Notes: generated from the sequence alone by a model not told the origin. 64,000 nt of DNA from Saprospiraceae bacterium (GCA_965277445.1 CBDICY010000016.1:441604-505603), one strand, 5' to 3'. Counted from the stretch's first letter, positions 20,091 through 30,259 are shown. Numbers and translations are program-made.

Positions 20091-20202
20091 AAATACAGGA
20101 CAAATTTCGACACAAAAATTATAATCAAAAGAATCATCTAAAACTTTTGAACTGCTCCGAAAGATTAGTGACCTGGAGGAGCAGCTTTTAATCGGACTAA
20201 TT

Positions 20203-20634
20203 ATGAAAAACTTAAGCCGTCTCTATAAAATTTCAATGTTAATTGCCTTGATAGGGTGGATTGCCTTAATTGGATTCCCCGCATCCAATTTTACAGACTC
20301 TTTTATCATGCAAATCATTGTTTTGCTTCTATGTGGTATTTATACTTACTTGCTATTTGTCCAAAAAACACCGAAGGGGGAATGGTATCCAAAAGGTAAT
20401 TTTAAGGACTTTCAAGGCATTGTCAATTTTTTTAAAAATCCTAAAGTTGTATTAGTAGGTTGGGTTCATTTTTTAGCATTTGACCTAATGGTCGGGTTGT
20501 ATATTAAAAATGACGCTTTGGCAAATGACTTTAGTTTTTGGTGGGGCATCCCCTCCTTACTATTGACGATATTATTTGGTCCACTAGGCTTACTATCTTA
20601 CTTTTTATTACGCTTTTTACTCTTACAATTCTAA
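20203..20634 (+). CDS. Membrane protein, DUF4281/ABA4-like
   Basis: Four predicted TM segments and ~140 aa. Family recalled from memory. Confidence 0.5.
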   Translation: MKNLSRLYKISMLIALIGWIALIGFPASNFTDSFIMQIIVLLLCGIYTYLLFVQKTPKGEWYPKGNFKDFQGIVNFFKNPKVVLVGWVHFLAFDLMVGLYIKNDALANDFSFWWGIPSLLLTILFGPLGLLSYFLLRFLLLQF

Positions 20635-20638
20635 GATT

Positions 20639-21094
20639 ATGTTAATAGACATCCTGCAAACTCTTTTTAAAAGAGACTTAACCAAACTCAAAAAAGAAAT
20701 AGCCGCCTATCAAGACGAAGCCAACATCTGGGTAGTAGATAAAAATATTACCAATTGTGGTGGCAATCTCTGTTTACATTTAGTGGGCAACCTCAATCAT
20801 TTCATTGGAATGACCCTAGGCAAAACAGACTATGTTAGACAAAGAGATTTAGAATTTTCTGCTAAAAATATACCTAGAGCGACCCTTATTCAGCAAGTAG
20901 AAGAGACGATAGAAATGGTAGAAAAAGTATTAAGTCAATTAAGTGCGGCTGATTTAACCAAAGACTATCCAATTATTGAATTCAAAGAAAAGATGTCCAC
21001 AGGTTTTTTCCTAGTTCATTTGACCACCCATTTGACTTATCATTTAGGGCAGGTGAATTATCATCGACGGTTGCTAGATGAAGTGAAATCGTAG
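20639..21094 (+). CDS. DinB_2/DUF1572 superfamily protein
   Basis: Four-helix-bundle signature with the His triad positions (HLVGNLNHF...HLTYHLGQ). Confidence 0.7.
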   Translation: MLIDILQTLFKRDLTKLKKEIAAYQDEANIWVVDKNITNCGGNLCLHLVGNLNHFIGMTLGKTDYVRQRDLEFSAKNIPRATLIQQVEETIEMVEKVLSQLSAADLTKDYPIIEFKEKMSTGFFLVHLTTHLTYHLGQVNYHRRLLDEVKS

Positions 21095-21139
21095 CTTGGA
21101 CATTCTTACTATTTTAAAAAGCTATTAAAAAAGAAAATA

Positions 21140-22558
21140 ATGCAAAAGAACAAAACGCTACAAGATAAAATGTTTGCAGAAATGCAAGATAAAACCCTTT
21201 TCAAAAAGGCAGAAAGCTATGCTTTTGATTATTTGAACAAAGCCTTTGATAGACATATATTTCCAACCGAAGCAGCCTTAAATGACCTATCAAAATTTGA
21301 AGAGTCGATGCCTGAAAAAACAGGAGACGGGGAGCAAATTATTGACCTCTTACATGAATATGGTTCTCCTGCGGTAGTGCCGTATGTTGGTGGCAGGTAT
21401 TTTGGCTTTGTCAATGGCAGTATGATTCCAGCGAGTTTAGCGGCTAAAAATTTAACTATTTACTGGGATCAAAATGCAGCGATGCAAGTAATGTCTCCGA
21501 TTGTTGGAAAATTAGAAATAATTGTACAGAATTGGTTGGTGGACTTATTTGGGTTACCCAAAAATACAGTAGCTGGCTTTGTAAGTGGAACGTCTATGGC
21601 TAATTTGGCGGCCTTAACTGCCGCACGCTACCGCATTTTAAAAAATAAAGGTTGGGACGTGACCGAACAAGGGTTATTTGGTGCGCCAAGAATCAGAGTC
21701 GTGACGCATACCCATATTCATTCCAGTATACTAAAAGCGATTTCCTTAGCTGGGTTTGGCAAAGGGAATATTGAAATGGTGGAATGTGACGAACAAGGTC
21801 GAATTATTTCATCTGCTATGCCAGAAATAGATGACAATACGATTTTGATATTACAAGCAGGAAATGTCAGTAGCGGTGCTTATGATGATTTTGCTACTAT
21901 TTGTAAAAAGGCAAAGGAAAAAGGGGCTTGGATACATATTGACGGTGCTTTTGGTTTATGGGCAGGGGCAACTAAACGACTAAAGCATTTAACAAAAGGA
22001 TTTGAGTATGCCAATTCTTATGCGGTAGATGGACATAAGACCTTGAATACACCTTATGATTCAGGGATTATTTTATGCCAAGATGAAGAGGCTTTGGTTT
22101 CTGCTTTGCATACGAGTGCCAGTTATCTTATTTCTAATGAAGCAAGGGAAGGCATGTATTACACGCCAGAAATGTCCAAACGAGCAAGAGTAGTGGAATT
22201 ATGGGCCGCACTTAAATATTTGGGCAAAGAGGGGGTGGATGAAATGGTTTATGGAATGCACGAAAGAGCTAAACAATTTGCGACTGCTTTTGAAAAAACA
22301 GATGGTTTTACGGTTATAAACGAAGTTGTTTTTAACCAAATAATTATCCAATGTGCAACCGATGAAATGACAACTGCAGTGATGCATAAAGTGCAGGCAT
22401 TAAGAGACTGCTGGGCTGGTGGTGCAATTTGGGAGGGGCGACAAGTGATTCGGATTAGTGTCTGTTCTTGGGCGACGACGACCGAAGATATTGAGCGGTC
22501 TGCGGCTTCTTTTGCCAAGGCTTACGAATTAGTTCAATTAGAAATGGCTGCTGTTTGA
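21140..22558 (+). CDS. Group II PLP-dependent decarboxylase (aromatic-L-amino-acid/glutamate decarboxylase family)
   Basis: GTSMANL, SYAVDGHKTLNTPYDSG (PLP Lys), 472 aa. Confidence 0.9.
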   Translation: MQKNKTLQDKMFAEMQDKTLFKKAESYAFDYLNKAFDRHIFPTEAALNDLSKFEESMPEKTGDGEQIIDLLHEYGSPAVVPYVGGRYFGFVNGSMIPASLAAKNLTIYWDQNAAMQVMSPIVGKLEIIVQNWLVDLFGLPKNTVAGFVSGTSMANLAALTAARYRILKNKGWDVTEQGLFGAPRIRVVTHTHIHSSILKAISLAGFGKGNIEMVECDEQGRIISSAMPEIDDNTILILQAGNVSSGAYDDFATICKKAKEKGAWIHIDGAFGLWAGATKRLKHLTKGFEYANSYAVDGHKTLNTPYDSGIILCQDEEALVSALHTSASYLISNEAREGMYYTPEMSKRARVVELWAALKYLGKEGVDEMVYGMHERAKQFATAFEKTDGFTVINEVVFNQIIIQCATDEMTTAVMHKVQALRDCWAGGAIWEGRQVIRISVCSWATTTEDIERSAASFAKAYELVQLEMAAV

Positions 22559-22690
22559 TTAAATTTTATTCAGCGAAAGGCCTGTCATACAAATAATTTC
22601 AGCATAAATATTATTAAATAGATAGATAATAGCGTAATTGGGATTTGTTCCCAACGTGCCGTAGGTACGAAAGATCGGTAGTAAAAAAAT

Positions 22691-23488
22691 ATGGAGATAC
22701 TCAAAATCAGAGGCAATAAAATAGTTTTCAAAGACTTAAATCAAGAAAAGCAAGAAGTCATTTTATTGGTGCATGGACATCCATTTGACCATACCATGTG
22801 GAAATACCAAGAGGAAGCCTTAAAAGATTTTCGCTTATTGCTGCCTGATTTAAAAGGATATGGTGCATCCAACGCCGATTTTGATAAAATATATATAGAA
22901 GAACAGGCATTGGATTTGGCATTGTTGTTAGATGAATTGGACATTAAGAAAGTACACCTCATTGGTTTATCTATGGGCGGGCAAATTATCGTAGAATTCC
23001 AACGATTATTTCCAGCAAGGGTAAAATCGCTTATCATTGCTGCTAGTACGCCTACAGCAGAAACTACAGAAAGTTATGCTAATCGCTTACAAGTAGCGGA
23101 GACCATTCAAAAAATAGGGATGTTGACTTACACACAAAAAGACATCCATAAATACATCAATTTAGCTTCAATCCGAGGAGATTCGGACGTTTATCAACAT
23201 CTGTTTCAGATGATGACTAGAACCAAAGTGACTGGGGCAGTAGCTTCCCATAAAGGCAGGGCAGAAAGAAGAAATAATTTTGACTATCTAAAAAATATCG
23301 AGCTACCAGCCTTAGTTATTGCAGGAGAAAAAGATTACTTTTTTAGTGTAGAGGTTGTAGAAAAAGTAGCAAAGGAAATACCTAATGCTCAATTTGAATT
23401 GATTAAAGATTCAGGCCATTTACCGAATATGGAAAAGCCGAAACACTTCAATGAATTGATAACGAAATTTTATCAAGCCCTAAAATAA
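22691..23488 (+). CDS. Alpha/beta hydrolase
   Basis: HGHP oxyanion block, GLSMGG nucleophile elbow, C-terminal DSGHLP His. Confidence 0.85.
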   Translation: MEILKIRGNKIVFKDLNQEKQEVILLVHGHPFDHTMWKYQEEALKDFRLLLPDLKGYGASNADFDKIYIEEQALDLALLLDELDIKKVHLIGLSMGGQIIVEFQRLFPARVKSLIIAASTPTAETTESYANRLQVAETIQKIGMLTYTQKDIHKYINLASIRGDSDVYQHLFQMMTRTKVTGAVASHKGRAERRNNFDYLKNIELPALVIAGEKDYFFSVEVVEKVAKEIPNAQFELIKDSGHLPNMEKPKHFNELITKFYQALK

Positions 23489-23496
23489 ATAGGAAT

Positions 23497-23931
23497 ATGG
23501 TTTATGAAATCGTCAAAGAAGACTACACCATTAGTACCGATAAACGGAAGTTAAATATTGCCACTATTCATGGCTACCTGAAAGACGCCTATTGGTCTAA
23601 AAATAAGCCATTTTATTTGGTTAAAAAGTCTATTAAAGGATCGATTTGTTTTGGTGTGTATCATCACAAAAGACAAGTAGGGTTCGCTAGAGTGATTACG
23701 GATTTAACCACCTTTGGTTATTTGGCAGATGTTTTTATTATTCCTGAGTATCAAGGAAATGGGCTAGGAAAATTTTTGCTAAAAACAATTATAGAATGTC
23801 CCGATTTTCAAGGCTTTAGAAGTTGGTCATTGGCGACTAAGGACGCACATGGATTGTATGCAAAGTTTGGATTTAAGGAAATGGATAACCCGAAAATATG
23901 GATGCGAAAGGTGAATTTTAGTGAATATTGA
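23497..23931 (+). CDS. GNAT family N-acetyltransferase
   Basis: The acetyl-CoA motif QGNGLGKFLL. Confidence 0.8.
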   Translation: MVYEIVKEDYTISTDKRKLNIATIHGYLKDAYWSKNKPFYLVKKSIKGSICFGVYHHKRQVGFARVITDLTTFGYLADVFIIPEYQGNGLGKFLLKTIIECPDFQGFRSWSLATKDAHGLYAKFGFKEMDNPKIWMRKVNFSEY

Positions 23932-23933
23932 TT

Positions 23934-24413
23934 TTATTGTTTTTGATAAAGCATCAACTGTCCATCAAAAGGCCGTTCATCAAAAAACATAAATTCATTA
24001 CAAAAAATATCCATATTTAGTGCATAATGATTGGGTTCAGTTTTGAACCTATAGGTGGCTTTTTCTTCTAGCGTATTGGTTATTTGTTCCAATCGCCAAT
24101 CAAAAGCCAATAAGGTATCGCCATCAAAATCATCTCTATAGGCTAATAAACCTCTAGTTTCAGTTAATGTGAGCGTTGCTTCTGGTGGGTCGTGAGGGAC
24201 ACAAAAACCACAACCATAACCAACTAATTTCCAATCACCCACCAAGTTAGCGGCTATTTCTGATGCTTCTGGTAATATATTATCTCGGCAACTGTTTAAT
24301 GCGGCAAAAGTTGCTTCTTGTGATAAGATACAATTAGTTGTGGAGGCTTCTTTATTACATTGACAAAAGAATAAACCTGTTAACAAGAAAATTAAGGAAT
24401 GATATTTTTGCAT
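23934..24413 (-). CDS. Lipoprotein, paralog 1 of a tandem pair
   Basis: Lipobox LFFCQC. About 45% identical to the adjacent ORF, and the C-terminus MDIFCNEFMFFDERPFDGQLMLYQKQ is shared. Confidence 0.6.
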   Translation of the reverse strand: MQKYHSLIFLLTGLFFCQCNKEASTTNCILSQEATFAALNSCRDNILPEASEIAANLVGDWKLVGYGCGFCVPHDPPEATLTLTETRGLLAYRDDFDGDTLLAFDWRLEQITNTLEEKATYRFKTEPNHYALNMDIFCNEFMFFDERPFDGQLMLYQKQ

Positions 24414-24433
24414 CTCGTCGAGTTTTTATAAAA

Positions 24434-24943
24434 TTATTGTTTTTGATAAAGCATCGTATACCCATCATAGGGTCTATTATTAAAAAACATAAATTCACTA
24501 CAGAAAATATCCATTTTTAGGTAGGCATGACTTGGTTCTGTTCTAAAAATAAAGGCACTCTGAGGGTCAAAACGATTATTATGTGCTTCTAGTTTCCAAT
24601 CAAATTCAAAGTAGGAATCAATGTCATCACATATAGCCAATATGCCTTTATTTGCTTCCAATGTTAGGGTAATTTTATCTGTTCTATCTGCGCCTACACA
24701 ATTTCCACAACCGTAGGCAATCAACTCCCATTCTCCTATTAAATTAGTTCCTATTTCTTTGGAATCGATGATGCCTGCTTCTAAGCACTCGGTTATGGTC
24801 GGAAACATTGCTTCAATAGAGATAAACTTTGCTCCATCAGCAGTTTTGCAATTATTGAAAATAGCTGTTTCTTCTGCAATATTGTCCTTTTTCTTACATT
24901 GGATAAAACAGAGCAAGCCTATTAAGAATAGTAAATATTTCAT
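24434..24943 (-). CDS. Lipoprotein, paralog 2 of a tandem pair
   Basis: Lipobox LCFIQC, with the C-terminus MDIFCSEFMFFNNRPYDGYTMLYQKQ. Confidence 0.6.
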   Translation of the reverse strand: MKYLLFLIGLLCFIQCKKKDNIAEETAIFNNCKTADGAKFISIEAMFPTITECLEAGIIDSKEIGTNLIGEWELIAYGCGNCVGADRTDKITLTLEANKGILAICDDIDSYFEFDWKLEAHNNRFDPQSAFIFRTEPSHAYLKMDIFCSEFMFFNNRPYDGYTMLYQKQ

Positions 24944-25123
24944 AACAGTAGGTTAATTTAGTACCTCTATAACCTAAGACTATGATTTTAATTAAAATGG
25001 TTGGTTGGAAATCAAAAATTATATTTATCCCTCCTTCTAGTAAAACTAAGCTGTACTCGTCAAAAACTATGTGAACTATGTGTGCTATGTGGTAAAAAAC
25101 ATTAACCTAGTTTGTCAAACGAC

Positions 25124-26128
25124 TCATTCCTCATAATGCTTATTAGCCCGCCGCAATTTATTCCAAATTCGATCCTTCAAAGCTTGTGGTTTCAAAACAA
25201 TCATCGCATCTCCAAACCCCAAAATCTCTCGTTCCAATTCATAATTAATTTGCACTGTAATGGAAATGATGATCCCTTTATCCTGCCGTTCAATCAATTC
25301 TTGACTAGGATGCAAAGGCTTGGTCAGCACATAAGGCGCATTGCTATGATAAACAAATAGGTGAATAATCTGAGGGCTTAAAGTCTCACTAACGGTTACA
25401 CCAATAACATCTTGGTAAAAATTGCTTAAATCATAATTGGTATTTTCTCGAAAAGGGATATTAGACGTTTCAATGGCTTTCATTCTATCCAATGCCAAGG
25501 TCATCATTCTTGGCGCACCTTGTTTGATGCCTAGTAAAAACCAGCGATTGCGGTATTCTTTTAATAAATAAGGAAAGAAGATAATTTCGCCAGGTTGTCG
25601 AGCCTTAAAGGATTGGTAAGTAATGGATAAAGTTTGCTTTTTCTGAACTGCTTGATAAATGGTATCTAAGTATTCCAAGCCTTGCAAACCTTCATTTTTT
25701 TCAAAATCAATAATGCGTTCTTGTTTATTTTTAGAAGTATAAACCTTGTCTTCTAATTTTTGCACCATGCCACTCAATTCCTGAAAATGCGAAAAGCCTT
25801 TGAATTGCTTTAATATTTCTACGACTTCCGTCAGCCGATTTAAATCTTGGTCGGTCAATGGAATATTAGTGATGCTATATTCAGGGTCTTCGTAAGTGTA
25901 ATATTTTTTATCCACCACAATAATCGGCGCATTATAGCCCAATTTATCCGATCGCATGAGTTGAATATCGGCTTGGACGGTTCTTTTACTCACACCTTTG
26001 TCGATGCCTTCATATTCGTAAAGGGTATCAGAACAAGCATTAATGAGGTCGTCTAAAGTCCATTTTCGGAAGCGATTGCGGAGACAATTGTCGATTGTTC
26101 GGAAGCGGATGAGTGCGTTTTTATTCAT
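25124..26128 (-). CDS. WYL-domain transcriptional regulator (wHTH + WYL + WCX)
   Basis: N-terminal HTH (LIRFRTIDNCL...) and a central WYL-type block NRWFLLGIK. Length 334 aa. Confidence 0.85.
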   Translation of the reverse strand: MNKNALIRFRTIDNCLRNRFRKWTLDDLINACSDTLYEYEGIDKGVSKRTVQADIQLMRSDKLGYNAPIIVVDKKYYTYEDPEYSITNIPLTDQDLNRLTEVVEILKQFKGFSHFQELSGMVQKLEDKVYTSKNKQERIIDFEKNEGLQGLEYLDTIYQAVQKKQTLSITYQSFKARQPGEIIFFPYLLKEYRNRWFLLGIKQGAPRMMTLALDRMKAIETSNIPFRENTNYDLSNFYQDVIGVTVSETLSPQIIHLFVYHSNAPYVLTKPLHPSQELIERQDKGIIISITVQINYELEREILGFGDAMIVLKPQALKDRIWNKLRRANKHYEE

Positions 26129-26164
26129 TGGTTGATTTATTAATTCGTAATCGCCAAATTCATG

Positions 26165-26485
26165 TCATGCGCTGTAATGTTGTAGCCAAACTAATCGACA
26201 AAAAGTTGTGGCTGTTTACTGATATTACTTAACCCCAAGGGGGTGATATATGATAACCTAGGGCGAAAAGCCCTAGGAATAAATCTAATATAATGGTCTC
26301 AAAACCCCAACGGGGTGACATAAATTCATCCTTTATGTCGCTCTTTCAGAGCTTAACCGAGCGAGCGTTATGCTCTAATCATAGGGCTGTGCCCCATGTT
26401 ATTATATTTCACTCCTTTGAAGCTAAGATTAGATAGTCACAATTCTCTGTCGGTTTAATAGTCACAACATTACGCCGCAAGACAT
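26165..26485. ncRNA. Candidate structured non-coding element (~320 nt) bracketed by a long-range inverted repeat
   Basis: tgcgctgtaatgttgta at 26168 pairs with acaacattacgccgca at 26468 (15/17). Inside are ccccaagggggtg and ccccaacggggtg hairpins, the ctagggcgaaaagccctag hairpin, and duplicated agtcacaa. No ORF is present. Confidence 0.4.
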
Positions 26486-26848
26486 TCATTTGGCGGTTAC
26501 TTATGATTTGTTATTCTTTAAAGGAAAATTGGTTTTTTGAAAATAATTACAAACTTTAATAATTTTTTATTTTGGTTTTAAGTATTTGATAGTCAGGGTT
26601 TTAGTAAAAGGATTGGCGATTTTGTAATAAATAGTTTTACGAAAAAACAAAAAAATATTTAACTACGCAAATATACTGCGCACTACCTTCCCAACTTTGT
26701 ATCATCAAACAACAAAAAAGAAATCTACTTTAATAAAAAAGATTTTTTTTTACTCGTTTGGAACTTTATTCAACAAATTAGAATTATTACTCCTCGGAAA
26801 GACCAAGCATTAAAAATCTTGCCTTTCCGAAACCAAATACCAACAATC

Positions 26849-28369
26849 ATGAAATTCAATTTATTAAAAAGAAAGACGAAGCAAATTACTAATTATCAAG
26901 GTGCAAAGGCATGGACGTTAACACCTGAATTAGCATTGTACACAGCAGTTGTGACCGCTAGTTTGACCAATAAATTTTATGAAAAAGAAGGGGAGCGATT
27001 GGCAAGAATCAAACAATTGATTGAAAAGTGTGACCCTACTTTTGTAGCCAAATTAGCCGTTTACACTAGAGAAAAAATGTATTTGCGGTCGATTCCAATT
27101 GTGTTGGTTGTAGAGTTAGCGAAGCTTCATAGCGGAGATAGTTTGGTGAGAAATACCGTGGCAAGAGTCGTCAAAAGAGCCGACGAAATCATGGAATTAT
27201 TGGCTTACTACCAATTTGCGAATGATAGAAAAGACACCAAAAAATTGAACAAATTGTCGAAGCAAATCCAAAAAGGATTAGGTGTCGCTTTCAATAATTT
27301 TGATGAATATCAGTTTGCTAAATATAACCGAGCAGGAACCGTGACCTTAAAAGATGCTTTGTTTTTAGTTCACCCAAAAGCAAAGGATGAAGTGCAACAA
27401 GCGATTTTTAATAAGATAGTGAAAGATACCTTGACCACACCTTATACTTGGGAAGTGGAGTTGTCCAAATTAGGGCAAGAAAAATATCCTTCTGCTACTG
27501 CTAAAGCAAAAGCAGTAACTGCCAAATGGGAAGAATTGATTGATAGCGGAAGATTGGGGTATATGGCATTGATGAGAAATTTGCGAAATATTTTGCAAGC
27601 AGATGTGAGTGCTGACCATATCAAAAAAGTAGCGCGTTTTTTAGGCGATGCAGAAAAAGTGAGCCGTGCGAAACAATTGCCTTTCAGATTCTTATCAGCA
27701 TATAGAGAATTAGAGCAATTGAAATTGCCTTATGTGAATTACTTATTAACAGCATTGGAAAAAGCGGTGAAGGCAAGTGCTAAAAATATTAAAGGATTTG
27801 GTTTGAAAACCAAGGTAGTTTTAGCCTCGGACGTATCAGGTTCTATGTATTCCCAAATTTCTCCAAAAAGCAAAATTCAATGCTATGACATCGGATTAAT
27901 GTTGAGTATGTTGATGAGAAATCGTTCTAAAAATGTCTTCACAGGAATTTTTGGCAATACTTGGGAAATGATGAATTTACCAGCGGATAACATTTTAGCC
28001 AACACGATGAAATTGCGAAAAATGGAAGGTAGAGTTGGTTATTCAACGAACGGCTATAAAGTGATTAACGACTTAATTAAGCGAAAATTGAAAGTTGATA
28101 AAGTCTTAATCTTTACCGATTTGCAATTATGGGATAGTCGAAATGACGGAAATAGTTTGCAAAGTTCGTGGGCAGAGTATACCCAAAAGTATGCGCCAAA
28201 TGCCAAAATTTATTTATTCGACTTACAAGGCTATGGACAATCGCCTTTGCGAATTCCATCCAGAAATGTCCACTTAATTGCTGGCTGGTCGGATAAAGTG
28301 TTTGAGGTATTGGAGGCTATTGAGAATGGGGGAGATGCTATTACTGAAATCAACAATATTACTTTGTAA
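26849..28369 (+). CDS. rsr: Ro60-like ribonucleoprotein (TROVE domain + C-terminal vWA)
   Basis: TROVE-like helical repeat N-terminal region and a C-terminal vWA with the MIDAS motif DVSGSM. Size (~506 aa from MKFNLL) matches bacterial Rsr. Confidence 0.85.
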   Translation: MKFNLLKRKTKQITNYQGAKAWTLTPELALYTAVVTASLTNKFYEKEGERLARIKQLIEKCDPTFVAKLAVYTREKMYLRSIPIVLVVELAKLHSGDSLVRNTVARVVKRADEIMELLAYYQFANDRKDTKKLNKLSKQIQKGLGVAFNNFDEYQFAKYNRAGTVTLKDALFLVHPKAKDEVQQAIFNKIVKDTLTTPYTWEVELSKLGQEKYPSATAKAKAVTAKWEELIDSGRLGYMALMRNLRNILQADVSADHIKKVARFLGDAEKVSRAKQLPFRFLSAYRELEQLKLPYVNYLLTALEKAVKASAKNIKGFGLKTKVVLASDVSGSMYSQISPKSKIQCYDIGLMLSMLMRNRSKNVFTGIFGNTWEMMNLPADNILANTMKLRKMEGRVGYSTNGYKVINDLIKRKLKVDKVLIFTDLQLWDSRNDGNSLQSSWAEYTQKYAPNAKIYLFDLQGYGQSPLRIPSRNVHLIAGWSDKVFEVLEAIENGGDAITEINNITL

Positions 28370-28389
28370 AATAGATACACGTATCGGAT

Positions 28390-28445
28390 ACTTTGAAAGC
28401 CTGCCTGACGGTAGGCAGGTATCTGATACGTTTTCCGAAAAGCTG
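28390..28445 (+). terminator. Intrinsic terminator of rsr
   Basis: acgtatcggatac...cctgcc tgacggt ggcagg...tatctgatacgt followed by ttttcc. This is a long interrupted stem. Confidence 0.7.
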
Positions 28446-28468
28446 AATGAAACAAAAGACATAAGAAA

Positions 28469-28592
28469 AGTGCCGTAGAACAACGTTACTTCGACTCTTA
28501 ATCGGGAGGTTGTAGGTTCGAGTCCTACTATTGCTGGCAACAGCGATATAGCTCAATTGGATAGAGCGCCATGAACGTTATTCGATTTTTGC
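28469..28592 (+). ncRNA. Permuted tRNA-like unit U1 (candidate YrlA-type Y RNA)
   Basis: T-arm gtagg-ttcgagt-cctac, closed acceptor hairpin tattgct-ggcaac-agcgata, ta, D-arm gctc-aattggata-gagc, then a tail. Confidence 0.55.
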
Positions 28593-28679
28593 CTTCTCTT
28601 TTTACAGGATAACAGGATTATGGAGGATTCACAAGATTTAGTAGGACGTAATTTCTATCCTGTAAATCTTGTAATCAAT

Positions 28680-28757
28680 AGTGCCGTAAAGCAATGTTAC
28701 TTCGCTTTGATTGGATCTGTGGGTTCGAATCCCACCATGTCATTGCTTGCTTTTGCC
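28680..28757 (+). ncRNA. tRNA-like unit U2 (head + T-arm gtggg-ttcgaat-cccac + cattgct; no D-arm)
   Basis: Same head motif. It looks like a tRNA 3'-portion. Confidence 0.4.
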
Positions 28758-29040
28758 TATTGGCTTTTGAAAATAAAAAAATGATAATAAAAAGGGTGTC
28801 GTAAAATAGGCTTACTTCGATTTACTTGCGATCACTTGATTGTGGCTTTTATGGAGTTTTGTTTTCCACATCAAAAAGATAGACAAAAAGAAACAGAAAA
28901 TGCTCACTTGTTGGGTAATCCAAAATTGACTATTTGAATTTAACCCCTTTTTAAGAAAAAGAGGTGTCGTCTAAAAGTCTTACTTCGCTAGAAAATCGGA
29001 ACAAACTAGACTTTTAAAATGGTTACCCTCTTTCTAAAAT

Positions 29041-29114
29041 GCTTCCGTGGACAAACTGGTTAAGTCGCTGCTCTTTCACAGCAGAGATTGCGGGTTCGAG
29101 CCCCGTCGGGAGTA
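29041..29114 (+). tRNA. tRNA-Glu(TTC), no encoded CCA
   Basis: Acceptor gcttccg/cgggagt (two G-U pairs), 3-bp D-stem gac/gtc, anticodon arm ctgct-cTTTCac-agcag, T-arm gcggg-ttcgagc-cccgt, discriminator A. Confidence 0.8.
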
Positions 29115-29287
29115 CATCTACAGGATGACAGGATTATGCAAGATTTACAGGATGAAAGTAGGACGTAAATGGAATTAGCAGAATTCTGTTAACTTAGAGA
29201 AATCATACTATATTTTTGAAGTATAGTTGGAAAAAGATGTGTTGTATTTTGTTAAGTTAGTAGAGTTTACTATGTTAGTAGCTTTTA

Positions 29288-29677
29288 ATGAGAAAACTAA
29301 CAAAAATGAAATACGAAAAAATGACGGGAGATATTATTGGTGCAGCCTTTAAAGTACACAATAAACTAGGGTATGGTTTTAAAGAAAAACACTACCAAAG
29401 AGCGATGATTATAGAATTAGAGAAATTGGGATACCATGTAGAAGAAGAGCTGTATTTGAATATTTACTATGACGATAAAGTAATAGGAAAAGATAGAGCC
29501 GATTTATTTGTAAATAAAACCATTTTAGTAGAATTGAAAACACTAAAAGAGTTAGCTAAAAATGATGAAATTCAATTGGTTAATTATTTAAATGCTACAA
29601 GAGTAGAAATAGGGTTATTAATCAATTTTGGGCAGAGTGTAACCGTTAAAAGAAAATTTAGAGATTACAAAAAATGA
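29288..29677 (+). CDS. GxxExxY family protein
   Basis: TGDIIGAAFKVHNKLGYGFKEKHYQRAMIIELEKLGY...VNYLNAT. This family typically sits inside tRNA/rRNA clusters in Bacteroidota. Confidence 0.8.
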   Translation: MRKLTKMKYEKMTGDIIGAAFKVHNKLGYGFKEKHYQRAMIIELEKLGYHVEEELYLNIYYDDKVIGKDRADLFVNKTILVELKTLKELAKNDEIQLVNYLNATRVEIGLLINFGQSVTVKRKFRDYKK

Positions 29678-29746
29678 TGACTTGATTTTATAAATAGGAA
29701 ACCTATCCTGTAAATCTTGAAAAATCTTGTCATCCTGTAAGAGAAG

Positions 29747-29871
29747 AGTGTCGTAGAGCAACGTTACTTCGATTGTCACTCGGGAAGTTGCAGGTTCGAA
29801 CCCTGCCATTGCTAAATATAGTAATGTAGTTCAATTGGATAGAACACCTTGTACGTTATTCGGTTTTTACC
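29747..29871 (+). ncRNA. Permuted tRNA-like unit U5
   Basis: T-arm gcagg-ttcgaac-cctgc, acceptor hairpin cattgct-aaatat-agtaatg (one G-U), ta, D-arm gttc-aattggata-gaac, tail ccttgtacgttattcggtttttacc. Confidence 0.55.
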
Positions 29872-29903
29872 TTTTCTTTTTTGAGCATATAAAAAAAGTC
29901 AAT

Positions 29904-29988
29904 AGTGCCGTAGAGCGATGTTACTTCGATTCAATTGGTTATTATAGGTTCGAATCCTATTCGTTTATAGCACATTGTTCGTTTTTGC
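29904..29988 (+). ncRNA. tRNA-like unit U6 (head + T-arm atagg-ttcgaat-cctat + tail; no D-arm)
   Basis: Head agtgccgtagagcgatgttacttcga, tail ttgttcgtttttgcc. Confidence 0.4.
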
Positions 29989-30013
29989 CTATTGAGTTTT
30001 AAAGACATTAGAA

Positions 30014-30145
30014 AAGTGCCGTAGTAGCATCCTACTTCGATAGGAATTTGGAGGTTACAGGTTCGAGCCCTGTCATTGCTGAGGAATTGGCAATGTAGTG
30101 CAAATGGATAGCACACCAAACAAAGAAGATACTGCGACTTTTGCC
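30014..30145 (+). ncRNA. Permuted tRNA-like unit U7
   Basis: T-arm acagg-ttcgagc-cctgt, acceptor hairpin cattgc-tgaggaattg-gcaatg, ta, D-arm gtgc-aaatggata-gcac, tail ...cttttgcc. Confidence 0.55.
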
Positions 30146-30184
30146 TTTTCTTTTTTGAAAATTTTAAATTGAAAAATTATTAAC

Positions 30185-30259
30185 GGTCTATTGGGGTAAT
30201 GGTTATCCTCCTCGGTTGTCTCCCGAGTGATATGAGTTCGATTCTCATATAGACCGCCA
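30185..30259 (+). tRNA. tRNA-Asp(GTC) with encoded CCA
   Basis: Acceptor ggtctat/atagacc, D-loop aatggtt, anticodon arm ctcgg-ttGTCtc-ccgag, T-arm atgag-ttcgatt-ctcat, then G-CCA. A T at position 37 is unusual. Confidence 0.75.

Noticed and set aside
28231-28556. Several small ORFs (28231-28455, 28274-28540, 28278-28478, 28359-28556) in the ORF track
   Set aside because: They overlap the rsr terminator and the tRNA-like unit U1 on both strands, and have no coding-like composition or start context. They are almost certainly spurious.
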